Part shown: piece after piece, positions 36,213 to 63,799 of the stretch
How positions within the stretch are numbered: the first letter of the stretch is position 1
Layout of the letters: the number at the start of each line of letters is the position of its first letter
NCBI GenBank assembly: GCA_051362555.1
Contig: CM120648.1
Location: 5,514,587-5,578,586, forward strand
Direction of reading: 5' to 3'
Source: Lingula anatina
Lineage: Eukaryota; Animalia; Brachiopoda
Length of the DNA: 64,000 nt
Program-made: the position numbers and the translations under genes
Notes under the pieces: model-generated
Told to the model about the DNA's origin: nothing
Seen by the model: only the letters and a program-made list of their open reading frames with translations
The model's database searches: none

Positions 36213-39200
36213 ATGCATGCATTCTTGCCAGTGCATATATATTTAAAAAAAGATGCACACACTGTATAGCTAACATCTTTACTCGACTAGAACGTCTTCC
36301 CAGGTGGTAAATGAGTCACTGTAAAGAAAAGTGCTCTCGGCTCAAAATAAGACATAACAAGTTGTGTGAAAGTGATAATACTTGAGACGGCTAAGGAAAA
36401 AGTTATTAATAAACAAGACTTGCATTGCAGAGATGCAGGTATCGCTCAAGGTAATTTTCACCTACAAATATTACACGGGATTTTTTGTGTACCTTTATAC
36501 GTTATTTTTATCATTCAAACGGCGACAAAAAAGCGTTTTCTGTGCATTTTATGCTTTTTTTGACAAATAATAATTGCATATTCTACTATGTTATGATGGA
36601 GATAAACTTTTCTCTGTTCAACTTTATCATGAAGGTTCCCATCTTTGAAATTAAGGTTAACCATATCTCTTCAAAAATTGTCGCCATTGGTGTGCTGAAA
36701 CTCAGGGTGACAGAAATGCTTTATCACATATTAATATTTAGGTCTTCATCATAATGCTAATATATTTCATATTTTAATCATATCGCTGGCACTGTACTCA
36801 CTGTGCTCTTTGAATCATAGGCAACGCCTCCTCCTACTATATAACACAGACACAGGGAGTGCTCAGACATGGACTTTTTTAGACCGGAAATATGACTGCC
36901 TCACTTCGTCAGTTAATTGGATAGATAAACCGGAGTTGAAGGTGTTTGAAGCGGGTAATGTAATGTAATCCATGTCCGTACACGCATTATATGAGGCATG
37001 ATTGAATAACCCACATAGGAAATCCAATAAGGATGTTTGAAATTTCGATATTGAAAACACAGACTGTTTTAAAGGGGAAATTCCTTGCGTCTCTCGAGCA
37101 GTTTCCTCTCTTGTGTTACAGTGTTGTGTTTCGTTTTTTATTTTTATTTGTTTCACGTGGAAGTAAATTCAGATAAATATCTAAAAAAGTAATCTACTCT
37201 TTTAAAATGTCTTTCAATGTAAAAAATTGGATACATAATTGTAACAATACGACTTGACCCCTATTTTAAAGAACGCGGCACACAGCCTCAAGGATCAAAG
37301 TATTTAAATTGTTTTCTAATTTCCAGGGAAAAGTGCTACAACTTTACATGTTTCCTTTACAAGTAAGCTAATTTTTTTTTTCATTTCAATCTTCAAAATT
37401 GCCGGTTGGGTCGTAACCCTTGATGATATAAGAAAGAGATAGGCCTAAGACTTTTATGGAGGTACAGAAAACAAGCATACAGACTTTCGTTGCCAATGGG
37501 AGACCGTTTTAGTAGTAGTCTTACTCTACTCGAGTCTCACGTTAAAACAACAATGTTTATTAATTATTTCGTTATCTTGCTAACCAGGTGCACGTGCCTT
37601 TGATTTGTCCGTGGTGTACAGCGTAAAAACGTAGAGCAGGGTACAAAAAAACGCTGCAAAAAGAGGACACGTTTATCCCATAAAACACTTTATTGAGCAA
37701 CACCCGAGTTATTGAGAGTGATATCTTCTAAGCGAACCCACATATTACAGGTAGAATTACCTGAAACCTCTGTAAGTCACCTTGAGACATAAACGAGGTT
37801 TTGGAGTCAATTGGTAAATCTTGGGATTTTCCTTGGGCAAATATAAGCGATTTTCATCTTAGGGCGCTTTTCCAAAACGTATTGCACCAAATGGCACACT
37901 TTATCCCATAATCGAATGGTGTAGAAGTGAAATTAAGTGAAAAAAAGCGTATTCTACGCACCCAAGCAGACAATCAGACACGAGTGTAAAAACTTTACAG
38001 GGACGATTCATTTAACTCGAGTTATAAGAGCAACGCCATGCTGTGCACACCTGGCGAAATCTCGTAATACACCGCGAGAACTAATGAGATCGTTTGCCTG
38101 CAGGGGTGTTTTACTGTCACAGTTTGCATATTTGTGAAGGATGTAAGGGCGATTATTTTGTCCATGATAAATACATGTAACCCGATTTTCATTTCGTATT
38201 TGACAATCCTTTGTATTTTAAAAGAAATAATGGCTAATTAACCATTAGGCCTACACTATGTGAACACAGACTGCCCTACTTCGAAACAGGTTTTTGAATA
38301 TAAATTTATTCTGAAAAAGGGTCTTTCCTCCGTTACACAAATAATTACAAATGACTTTATAAAATTGAAATGCAGACTTTTTCCTAAAACAATGCCAACC
38401 AAAGTTCATTACGTTCGGTACCAATGTGGAGCCCTGGGAAGGCATCCGCTGCGGTAATCTTTTTTGCAAGATCAGTAATTTTTTTTTGCTATGCCAAAAA
38501 TAAAGATAAAGTAAAATGAAATAAAATAAAATAAAAGGATATGATTCGGCATGACGATCAATATATGTATAATACTATTGTAGGCCTATATATGCATTAT
38601 ATATTGTATCTCATACAACTCCTTGATTCTCTCAAAGAAAAGGAGGTATTACCTGAAGAAAAAACAGCATTCAGGATTATTAAGTGACCCTCTAGCTTTT
38701 TTCACCCGACGTAATATATATAACCAGTCACTGTCTGTCTATATGGTACACCGCCCGCACAGGTGTCTACCGCAATGCCTGTTATACTGCATCCACCTTG
38801 TGAACTTTCTTATCTCTTTTTTACTCCTCATACATGGGAATGCCAGCGGTACTAAATACCTACACCCTGCGTTTCAGAGTATTAACGGTGGCCCTCTCTA
38901 CACCAGCAAACATCTGTGTGAGGGAAATTAGGCTAAACTCTCTCACTCATTTCGTTTCTCCTTCTTTCGTGAATTGTGCGAGTTCATTGTCAAAGGGATT
39001 CCATCCGGGATTTTCGACCGAAATGTTCTTTTCCTCGAGAAAAAAATTTCAATGCATAAATTATTGCTATACCCGTTCCTGCACTTTCATTCGCTGGTGT
39101 GCTTCATTTCTGATAAAATATCTTTTTTAGCTGTGGATTGCCCATGGTTCATCCCCCCCCCCCCCCCAAAGTCGTCACCAGGTACTTGTGAGGCTTTTTT

Positions 39201-42200
39201 GATGTTTAAATTAGGAAAGACCGGTAGTTTTACAGCACATTAAAAAACTCTTGGAGTATTTTCAAACGCACATAGTATAGGTCTATTGTAAATCATTAGC
39301 ATTTCAACCTCCCTCTGACTAACGCTCACTCCAAGCAGAGTCACAAGATTCCGTGACGCCGTTATGTATTATAAACCGCCATTCAGTTGGTGGGCGTTGT
39401 TGAAAAAAAAAGACGCCCATCTCGACTGGCGTATGGAGCATAATTTCTCTTTACATTTCACTGTGCCCCATCTTTATTCATAAAAAAATTTCCAGACGTC
39501 TATTAGATAATATAGCCATCGTCTAAAATCTCGCAAGAGAGACGGATTTTCCCTACCGCGACCGTTACGTGTCACCGGTGATTTTCTCTCTTGTTGTCCC
39601 TGAAAATGTTTGCGTGAGGGGGTGTCTTGTCATAACAGCAGAATCTTTTTTATTATCTTAGTAGGTGGAACACTAGGCTGTGCTCGTTTAATGTTTGCGG
39701 TTTAGTTTACGCGGTTTACATTCCTTTCACTTATAGAAGAGATGCGATATTGTTTTGGTTTACGCTTATTTTTGAATCGATGTGTCTAGATACTTGTATT
39801 TAAATACATTTATAAGGCATTTGAAGGTCCTTCTTGTTATAGAACATTGTTCCTACAGAAATTATTGTCCTTCAAAAATAAATAAATAAATAAGTTATTA
39901 AAAAGATGAAAAATAAAATAAAACCCACATATACGCGATGTACTTAGGAGATTGAGAGGACTATCGCGAAGAACTGTGTTAAGTAATAACACATGTGGCG
40001 GAATAACAGTCAATACATCCCCAAGGCCGCCTGCGGCATCACGTGAGAGTCATGGTATTACTTTTTATCAACACAGTTTGGCGTCTTTTATTTGTTTCCT
40101 TTTTTCTCTCTTTGACATTGCCATTAAGGCAATTTTCTTTACAAGTATCATGTCATCCGCGGGTCTTGGTTGTCTTAAGTATTAATAATAAAGTGTGTAG
40201 ATTTAATGTACTGCTTGTTGATGTGTAGCCATTAGAAGGGACAAGATGGGGGTTGAATTAGGTCTATTCTGCCCTGACGGTGGATGCAGGGATGAAACTG
40301 CCATTTTGTGAAAAAAAGTCTGAAATATAGTGTGGGGTCCACCCCCCCACCCCTCGTGTTTTTTTGTTTTTTTTGGAGGGGGGGGGGCATGTCTGAATCG
40401 ATCTCAAAAAGACATTTTTGACCCTCAAAATGTCTGAAATAAAAAGTAAAGAACGCAGACAAACAAAAAAACACCCACTTTGATCGGCTCATCGGAAAGA
40501 TACTGCACTGTCAACACAGAAAGAGAGATAAAAAAGACAAAAGATAAAAGCATCCTATAAGCGAAATGAACAACACGCAAACCCGCATACTATTATATGT
40601 AGAGAGAGAAGCAAATGAATTTAGAAACATAATTATATGCTCTGCAGAAATAATGCTGGAAATAGCGTAGGTCGATATGATGAATAATTGTGTAAGGTTT
40701 TATACTTTGCACATTATATGGAGTTTAAGTATACAGATATCAGTCATTAGTCAAAGTGCAATAGAATCTTCAGATTTAAGATAAAAAACTTATCGACTCG
40801 AGACCTTTGGTGAAATAAAAGCCTGCCTTTTAGAGAAAGGGGTCTTTCCACAAAAAGTGAATATTTGAGTCAGGTCAGTGACGTAAACATTTTGAGTAAT
40901 ATTTTCATATTGTTTTATTTATCACATTATAATTACTTTTAAATTATTTTCATATCGGAAGCGTCCATTGTATAACACAGAGAAAATAATGGAGCAAGGC
41001 AGAATTATGCAAATATTACACGAAATATTTTGCGTCATTATGCGACCATTTTTTTTTGTGACCCTCTGATGCGACCTAAATGTTCATTTTTTTGTAGAGT
41101 GACCCTCTTATGACACCTAACACGAGAGGTGAGCGAGACACACACTCCAGTGGACACACGTCCATGCCATCACGAGCTGACCTTGATAAATACAACCACA
41201 AATATCCATGAATATTTCAGTCTGTTTAAACTAGCACATGATTAAACCGGAATTCGGTCTCACTCACGTCATCAGGAGATCATATACATAAAGATATATG
41301 ACATGTCATTTCCAAAAGATTTAACGTCGACTTAAGCTTTTCCCTCTGGGCTGTCTTTGTCCGGTGATGCAATTCGGACTGCTCTCCGGTTTAAAGTCCG
41401 CCTCGTCTAAATAGTCCTCTGGGTACTTTAGACCACAAAATGTCAAGGCCCCGAGACATTAAAAACTATTTTGTTCCTAACGAAGGTCGTGGCCATTTTA
41501 TGGCAAATGAAGACTGCATATTTTGTTGTCACCGTGATAGTTTGCCACAAGCGCATTATTGCCCTGTAACGGCGCTGTCATTAAGATTCCTATTTACTAC
41601 CTCCTGCCTGCAAATTTCCTCAATATCTTCACATTTTATCGCTGTGCATAGACATATCTTAGAAAGAATTCGACATAAAGGAGTGAGCAGTAAGAAGGTG
41701 TAATGGCTTTAAGGCTGAAGAAATAGCATTTTGCCGACTGCATTATGTCTTCTTCCCAATGCAAGCCGCCGGCGTCGTCTCTGGAGCTATTTTCTGGAAT
41801 TTTTATTTTTGATGTGGAAAGTATTCCTGCGGCGAGCACATATAACATACTCCAAAACCCATCATAACTAATAAAGACTAACAGTAACCTTTCATAAAAA
41901 TCACAGATTCATAAGGAGTAGAGGAAATCTCTTTCTTACTCTGTAAAAAAAATCTTCTCAGGCTTCGCTGAATATGTTTAAAAATAGAACCGAGCAACGT
42001 CTTTGTCTTTTGGTGTTAAGATACCCTATCTGAAATAGTGGATTTTCCCGTTGGCAGTACATTCCCTGCACGATATGGCAGTGCCCCCTTGAACTAGGCT
42101 CTGTTGTTCTCCCACTGCTTAACTTGCGCTATGTTTACAGCTTAGCAAAAATGAGGAATGGACCTGAAGAATCCCTGGAACACAGGGGAATGGGTTTCTT

Positions 42201-43581
42201 TATGCACTTACATAGCAATAAAGGTTGCAGCCTAGATACAAATAGGTCTTGAGCAAGTTGGGTGATTATTTATGGGGAAAAGCAATTCGGACGTGCGTTC
42301 GGACGAAATCTATTCAAGCTCGTTGCGTTCAAAGACAATTTAGACCGAGAGTGGACCAAACTTGCAACACTAAACGGCTACAACGAAGACAACGCAGAAT
42401 AAAGATGCAGAGTGACTCGGAACGTGTGAACAATATCTTGCTTAAGTATTCCTGTGGTTGTCGTAGATCTCTATAGTTACCTAAATGAACCGTACCTGGC
42501 AAAAAATAACTGACTTATTTTATTACACATGCGCTTCATAAGGGTTTCAACTGTACAGGAAAAAAGAAAAGAAAAAAAGAATATCATTATGGCGTTAAAC
42601 AGCTATATGTCGCATGCTTATGACTCATTCAGATCGGCTAAATAATCTTATTCTGCTATTTAATCTCACCAGCTCTCATTTTCCTTTTCCCCTGGTAATA
42701 CGCCAAGTACACAGAAGATTTCGGTGCAATCAATCGTATTTGGGTTCTCAAATGCCGGCATTTATTATTATTATTATATTTTTTTTTTTTTTGGCATATC
42801 TACACCGTATCCACTGTTGTTTCCCTTAAATCAATAGAGTGCATACAGACATTACATGGTGCACTTCTGTTCTGAAATAAACTAATTAACACCGATCTGT
42901 TACTACCATTGACTCCGAGTGCTGAGTTTTGCTGTTTTTTAGGTAATCCCTTTCGGAGCAAAATGATTCAGCCGGTAAAAAAAACTCAGCACCTGGATCG
43001 CCAGATCTAAACAAAACTTCAATCACGATAAAACATGATTAACTCTACTCCAAACATTTCATAAACCTACCTGATATTTTTCCTTTTTAACTTGGTGTCT
43101 CAACTTTCACGGATGTTATTATGGACGTAAACAGTCGTAATCTTGACTGTGCGGCAACGAGGTCTCTAGCTCGGCAGTGAAAACGCCCAAGACGGATCGA
43201 ATAGCAGTTGGCTGATGCCTGAACGCTAACCCACACACTTTCTCCACCTGTTTACGGCCCTCGATGTACTCGTCATGTGACTGCACCGCGGCAAACCAGC
43301 TTAAACGTACACCTCTACTGCTTTGCCGTCTGGGAGGCTAACAAATAAGGGCTACAATATGTGAATGATTATATAAAATGGACTATGTGTTGTAAATAGT
43401 AGAGTTGTATCGTATTGCCAGTGTGTTATTATCGTTATCTTTTCTCTATTTTTTACGATTTTATTAAATATTTAATGCGTGTGTTTGTAAGTGCGCGCCA
43501 GGGCCGGATTTATGTATAAGCACGTGCTTCGGACACCTCCACTAAGGCCCAAGGGTCTCAAAGCTGCTAGAATAGCACAAA

Positions 43582-43618
<37 letters not shown>

Positions 43619-43779
43619 AATTGAAAGAGCAAAAAAAAGTAAAAAAAGTAGTAGAACAAAGAAGTACATAGCGGGATTTTTAATGTGTTATGGGGACAGG
43701 TGGTGCTGGGAGTGCTATGGGCACCAAGGGGCTTACATCGGGCGCGTGCGTATGCGTGTAGGCCTACATGTATGCGCCT

Positions 43780-43962
43780 CGGGCCCGTAGCCAGTGATTT
43801 CAAATGGGGGGGGGGGGGTGTCTTTTTCTGAAATGGTGGGCCTTTCACCATGAAACCTTCTAGCACCAAGATTAATTTTTTGCCGAGAGAGAACCCTTTC
43901 CCAGGAATAAAGGCGGTTCATATGAACGCCCCAAACACCCCTCCTCCCCCGCTACGGGCCTG
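43780..43962. mobile_element. CAGGCCCGTAG-type TIR element
   Basis: CGGGCCCGTAGC...GCTACGGGCCTG ends; CGCCT duplicated on both flanks. Confidence 0.72.
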
Positions 43963-44672
43963 CGCCTCGAACTTTTTTTCAAAAATGTCCCTCAGTTGGT
44001 GAAGTGTACGCTTATCCATGTTTACTACAGTGATTTCAATTGCACATCATTTACGTTAGTCTGCATATGACCCGATGTAGGACTAGATAGTATGAATAAA
44101 AAACAACAAACCAGTCTTGCCAAAATTTATATTATCATTGCAGCTGGCGGGAAATAACATGCCCTCAATGCGAAACAAATAGCGTGCAACTTTCATAGAC
44201 GCTCATAAAACCTGTAACCTATTTTGTTGCCGCGTTAACAGGACCAAACAGCACATTAAGCGAGTATGCCAACTACTTATTCTGAACTCAGAATTTGGGA
44301 TGCGTTTATTCATAGGATTTCTGACATTCTAACTCCCGTAATACAGAAATATTAGTCTTCATCGAGTTATCCGCGGTTGCAAACAATGGAGCTCATTTGA
44401 GATTGAAAGTCACAAAATGAGATGGCCTGTCAGACTGGTATTCACATTTTGATTAAAAACATATCTGAGTCGGATTAATTCACATTAAAATGCAAAAGTG
44501 ACCTGCAAGCAAACTCATCAGTGTCAGAGAAAATGGAATACATCTAAATAAAGCTGGGGAGAGTGACTTAAGGCAGAAAAACTAAATTATTATTATTATT
44601 AAATGTGAACAATGGATGGCCCAGCCGTTTTGCACATATAATAAATTAGAAAATGAACGATCATCGGATGTA

Positions 44673-44707
<35 letters not shown>

Positions 44708-45098
44708 TTTCATTGGTTCATTGTAGCATGTTCTAATGACAGGTTTTCCCTAACAATTACACATCGCAATAATCACATTTTCCAATATAAGATAAAGACA
44801 TGATGTCTATCACTCATTGCTATATTACGGATAAAAGGAACCCCGAAAAAGAAAAAAAAGTCCAGTGAGCGAACCTGACCGGCCTTACCTTGATAGTCAA
44901 ACTAGTCTGGACTAGTCTGGGTCTGCGTTAGTTTTGTGCTATTTATATAGCTAACATTGCATACGTACATATCCAGGGCAGCGAAAGAGCACTTGCTGTT
45001 TAACCTTTATATCGATGTTCTTGCATATTTACAATATACTGGAGATGAGCTCTTGTGTTATATTATGACATATCTGACAGCTGGACCTGTATGGTGCC

Positions 45099-45219
45099 TA
45101 CCCTCTACCAGGGCCACAGATTGATTTTTCACAAGATATTCACAGATATGTCTCTGTTTAATCTCTGTCGTCTCAGCAAAAAATCCACAGAATTATAACT
45201 GTGGCCCTGGTAGAGGGTT
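45099..45219. mobile_element. Mini TIR element with 9-bp TSD (Mutator-like MITE)
   Basis: 20-bp TIR ACCCTCTACCAGGGCCACAG / CTGTGGCCCTGGTAGAGGGT; TATGGTGCC at 45090-45098 and 45220-45228. Confidence 0.85.
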
Positions 45220-45288
45220 TATGGTGCCAGCGGTAGGCTGCTAAAATCATCTACCAAACGAATTCAGCGAAGATTATATCAAATAGGC

Positions 45289-45381
45289 ACCCAGCAAACA
45301 CTGTACGCTATCAGAACGTTTTTGGTTATGTTAAAGTTATCGTAATGTTATAATATTAATAACGTTATGTGTTTGCTGGGT
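45289..45381. mobile_element. ACCCAGCAAACA-type TIR element (related copies about 52680-52787 and about 25122-25235)
   Basis: ACCCAGCAAACA...TGTTTGCTGGGT ends with AACGTT-rich interior. Confidence 0.65.
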
Positions 45382-45433
45382 CATAATAGGGACGTGCTTC
45401 CCTTCTCCCAGTATGCATATGAATAAAATTTTC

Positions 45434-45692
45434 TTTTTACCTCCGCCAAGGAGGTTACATATTATGTTTTCACCCCTGTTTGTCTGTCTGACTTTCTGTC
45501 TGTCTGTCATCAACATAATTCAAAAAGTTATGGACCGATTTTGATGAAATTTTCAGGAACTGTCAGAAGTGGGCCAAGGAACAGATAATTAGTTTTTGGT
45601 GGTGATCTGGATCAATAATTAATCAATAATCAATAATAATAAAAAATTGCTGCCTTGGCGGAGGTTTGCGCTCTCGGAGTGCTTTTCTAGTT
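45434..45692 (+). mobile_element. HINE/DINE-1-like non-autonomous Helentron element
   Basis: 5' T-run, subterminal inverted repeats ACCTCCGCCAAGG (45439) / CCTTGGCGGAGGT (45653), (GTCT)n microsatellite, 3' stem-loop GCGCTC-TCG-GAGTGC, then TTTTCTAGTT. Degenerate relative near 54500-54610. Confidence 0.8.
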
Positions 45693-46380
45693 TCACATGC
45701 AATATTGCCGAAGGTAGCTAAGCAATAAATAATAAAACGCGATGCCCTTAACCCACGTCCATTCCTGGCACCTATTTCTGATATTTATTGCAGAACCGCT
45801 CCTGATGTAAAACCAATTGGAATAGGAAGCACCAACACGTTTTGGAGGAAGAAGACAGGATAGTGGAGGGCGATAAAGTGTCCATGTATTTTGTGAAGTA
45901 ATCATAGTAAATGTCAGTGCTGAATGCGAAGCCGGTCACCAGTTACACTGATGCATCTTGAGAGAGAGAGAGAGATAGAGAGAGGTTGTTTTGTGCTGAA
46001 AATTTTTTCCACACACAAACCGTTCGTGGGACACAGAAATTAACTATAAATTAATAAAAGTGAGACACTGTCTGAAGTACTTTATTGTTTTTTTTTTTTT
46101 ATAGCTCTTGGTTGACAAATGGAGGCACCTGCACAGGTGAAAATGTAAGGTACGAAAATTGCTTTTAATCGGACTTCGCCATGTTTCATTCAGACGCACA
46201 GCTGGCGGGAAATATTTGGTTCCAATGCCAAGATGCAGCCTAAGTGCACGACGCGAGGTCGCAGCTGGTGACATCGGTGACAGGATATTTCCATGTGAAA
46301 AAAAGCGAGCTTCAGCCTTTGGGCCCAAATCTATACATATGTGACATCTTAGGACATTTCCACACCGAGCGGTATGCTTC

Positions 46381-46580
46381 ACTGGACCGGTCTACTTTGA
46401 GAGATTGACAACTTCACCAGTAATTATAACCTGGCTACTCTGTAAGAGAGTCACTTAAACATAGTTCTCGGACATTTGAATTAACAACAAGGCGTAGACT
46501 TGTCTGGAACTTTTGAAAGTGAATAAAAACCACTGTAGCGTAATAACATGCTTTGATCTCTCAAAGTGGATCGGTCCAGT
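46381..46580. mobile_element. Short TIR element
   Basis: ACTGGACCGGTCTACTTTGAGAGAT...ATCTCTCAAAGTGGATCGGTCCAGT, about 25-bp imperfect TIRs. Confidence 0.7.
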
Positions 46581-46776
46581 TTAGTTTAGTATACCGTTCG
46601 ATGTGGAAGGGCCTTGTTGGGTGGAATAACAACGTTGCGCCTCATTTACTTCAAATGAAACAATATCGGGAAAAAGTCCGCATAGTCGCTTGGTACACCC
46701 TAAGGACTCAGTGCCATTGAATCTCACTGAATACAATCAGATTAACAGATCAACCCGCCTCCCCTTGTTTCCAACG

Positions 46777-46993
46777 TAGTCTTATTCCCAGACATTTAGA
46801 TCGATCTATCCCAGTGGGGAGTCTCTCACTAGATTACTGTCAGATAATCCGGCTTAAATGTCCGTCCCGCCTACTACAAGCTGAAAGGGGGTAATTATCT
46901 TTCGCGCCCGCTCGGCTGACAGCTATTTAGCGTGAACCCCCAGGGAGTTAGGTCGATCTAGTTTGGATCGATCTAATCTCTGGGAATGGGGTC
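46777..46993. mobile_element. MITE, inverted copy of 2261-2485
   Basis: GGCTGAC...TTTAGCGTGAACCCCCAGGG(G)AGTTAGGTCGATC is the reverse complement of the 2.3-kb copy; same ATTCCCAGA / TCTGGGAAT ends. Confidence 0.8.
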
Positions 46994-48543
46994 TTATAAT
47001 CACCAGCTTTTCTGTATTCTAACTCTGCACTTAACGCCAGGAGGAGGCGTGTTAATCTGGCAACCTGATTGCATTCAACGAGAGTCCCCGCGGAGTTGGA
47101 TCAATCCACGTAAAACGGCAGTTTAATTGGGAAGGGGCCCTTAAATTACCGCAGGAAACTGAAAAAGACCACGTTTCAACCGTTGCCTCTCCAATCTAGC
47201 TCTGCTCGAGATGTTTCACACGGACCTTCCTAGACATAATGATAGATTGTTCTTGGAGGAAGTAATGTGTGCTTCAAGCGATAAATGATACAATATTTTT
47301 TCCGAATAGGCTAGATTCGTTGTCTAATGGCCAGAGAGAAGCAGGAAAACCCCGGTCCATATTCACAAATGGCGCCTGCACAAATGAGCGTAGACGGAAA
47401 ATTGGTCTGAACACAGATGATTTGACAATACAATAAAGGTTAAATCAATTGAGAGACAAACGTTTAAAATAGAAGCGCTTTCAATTTCTACAAACAGCAC
47501 CAAATTTCGGACATTTTTTTTTTTTTTTTTTTTGTGAAACCGTTATGACAGGAATGGTAGTCCGCTGAAAACCGTAGTCTACAGGTAACACTCGCCCCAT
47601 ATACCCACCCGATAGTTTAGGTCATTCCCAATCTGTACCAAACTTATTATGGGACCCCGGACTCTCAGGGTGATTTCATGCCCTCGAAGTTGTGCCTATA
47701 ATCGATGTCAATCGCGATACTCATGCGTACTTCTTACGCTATGTGTGTGACAGCGTCATAAGGCCTCTTTGTACTCATCACCGACATATTTGAAACTGGA
47801 TTTTGCACAGTTCAACGATGCCGTTTTGCTTAAGTTAACGATTAAAAGATAATACTATTGATAGCTATTAATTGTCTAAACTTCCTATTTTTACGGATTA
47901 ATTTTGTTTATGGAAAAAATTCACCTTTTGATATCTGCTCAGTCAGACAGCCTTAGGCAATCGTGGAGATAAGGTACTTATTTTTGGCGAAAAAGTTTTT
48001 GCGTTTGGTTCCCCCCGTCAGTTAGAAAATAAGGTACCTATATTTAACGTGCTGCACATTAAATAACGCCTGCTGCATATGTAAACGCGTTTGTAAATTG
48101 CCTGTGTGAGCTTCAGGGGAGATAGATACGGTAGGAGTTTTTCCCTAAAATAAATATTGTCACATTATGTCATAATGCTGTGGCATCAAAAATACGTCGG
48201 GATGAATTTGCTCACTCCAGCTTACAGCATGAATGTACCTAGCTATAGCTGTAACGTGTGAGAAAAATTAACACTTACCACCTAGCGAGTTCAGTCTCCC
48301 TACTCTACTCTACTCTACTCTACTCTACTCTACTCAAGACTAGACTAGGAAGAGAAACAGAAACATAATATTACAGCATTCCAGACGTTACATAAAATTG
48401 ATAACTCATAACAGACAGCTGCACACAGTGATGTATTCTGATGTTATAAATAAAGAATGACTTCTGGGGTGCGAAATGTATTGTAATCTCCGGCTGACGA
48501 ATTGACATAAATCTGATAATGTGTGAAGTAGCCTACCTTAACC

Positions 48544-48663
48544 CACCCTGAGCTTCAGAGATAACTTGACACTAACCTCTTCACTGTAGCCTATCTTCAT
48601 CGTGTCAAGTTACAAGGCTATTGTGAAGAGGTTAGTGTCAAGTTATCTCTGAAGCTCAGGGTG
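48544..48663. mobile_element. 120-bp palindromic MITE with perfect 41-bp TIRs and 9-bp TSD (Mutator-like)
   Basis: CACCCTGAGCTTCAGAGATAACTTGACACTAACCTCTTCAC and its exact reverse complement; ACCTTAACC at 48535-48543 and 48664-48672. Confidence 0.9.
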
Positions 48664-50328
48664 ACCTTAACCACAAAAAGGGGCAAAATGCGCATTACCA
48701 ACTCTACATAGCGATTTTGGAGGAGATGTAAAAACAAAATCAATCTATAACATAGTAGCCTCGGCCATTCTTTTAGCAATACATAGGAAAAAAACTGACA
48801 AGGAGGCTTGTTTCAATTTTTGTTCGTTTTGACACAGGATACTTTTTTATATGATAAGGGGGGGGGGGGGGCGCAGTTAATTTTTCAGTCCATTACTTAC
48901 TATAATGACAACTATGGTTATATCCTGAACTAAAGTAGGTCTAATTTTGGGTCTAGAAAAGAAAAGAAAAGAAAAAAAACAAAAAACAGCTAAACCCAAG
49001 CCAACCAACCCTGTGATTTTACTAATGACAAAGGTTAACCCACGTACATGTACAAAAGCCTACTTAAATTTCCCTCGTCCGCGGTTTAATGTTTCTCTCT
49101 TTTCTTGGCAAATTTTTCCTATTCTTGTTTTACAACCAGCGATAAATATAATATATCTAGCACACACGCACGCCACGCACGAATGAAAGTTTATGAGCCG
49201 TTGTATTATCAATTACAGCAAACGGCAGCAAGGCGTACGTGACATCCATTCGCTCCGCACTCGCAGACATCGCTTACCATAGGTGTACATGTAGGAGCCC
49301 GCTAGTACGTTCTTCGCCAGGTTCTAAAACAAGAAAGCGGTAGTGATCATGGGTGTGTCCGAAGGTTCATTGGCCAAAAGGTTCACTGGTCCGAAAAATC
49401 GTACCATTTTCATTATTTATTAAGGGTTCGTTGGACCGAAGGTTTTATAGTGAACATTCGGACCAAGGAACTTTAGGCCTATTGAAGTTTTGGACTATAT
49501 TGTCATATCTATTTTTTTATAAGGCAACAAGGATGCAAAAATCGCAAATGTCTTGCCTTAATTAGTGCTGATCAGGCAATAAGGATTCAACAGAATGAAC
49601 CTTCGGAATAAAAATGGTCAAATGCCATTTCAAGAAATAACTAATTATTCGTCCACTAACTTGGACAAATAAAACGACAGTCAATAGAATTACTCTTCAG
49701 ATATCGAATTAATCACAAATTCAGTATAATATAAGTTGGCAAGCGATATAAAAGGGTATTTATTTCGGTAATGTTTGTGACATGTGGCCTTACATGACAT
49801 CTGATACTGACCTGAGCTGACACATTTCAACATCTTGAGTCCTGACATGGTACGTCACTAGACTGCAGTCAGTATTATATGAAAGTTCATGACGCACCCA
49901 TAATTGCTTTTTAAAGTAAAATTAAACAACTATTTTTGGGGAAAAAGGTACAGTGTACATGCACATTTACAACATAAATATATTATATTTGTTTACTTAT
50001 CAATATTTTACCTTCTAAAGTTGTATTTTTATGAATATCATAGATCAATATAAATGCGAGATATATGTTCCTCATGACAAAGGAAGTAAACATGACTTCC
50101 CAGGAGCAGAAGTGACTCTCCAAAGGAATATTATTTTCCACTTCCAGCTTACTGAGAACCGAGAGAAAATTTTGAAACGCAATATCACTTGAGTCAGTCG
50201 CTTTATAGTTGCTGCAACAAGCTGAAACTGATGTAGATTCTGCTTAAACTTTGCCGGCGCAGACGTCGCACTCTCACCAGCAAGGCCAGTGAGTGTCCGC
50301 CAAGTTTTCATTTTAGCTTACTAGCAAA

Positions 50329-63584
<13,256 letters not shown>

Positions 63585-63599
63585 GTGAGTGGTTTAGTT

Positions 63600-63799
<200 letters not shown>

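Noticed and set aside
35670-36269. 199-aa Cys/Leu/Ser/Val-rich ORF and overlapping ORFs
   Set aside because: Product of a (GTCT)n microsatellite.
37900-44900. Scattered 60-110 aa ORFs in the gene-poor region
   Set aside because: No recognisable domain, no phase-consistent exon chain, many non-ATG starts.
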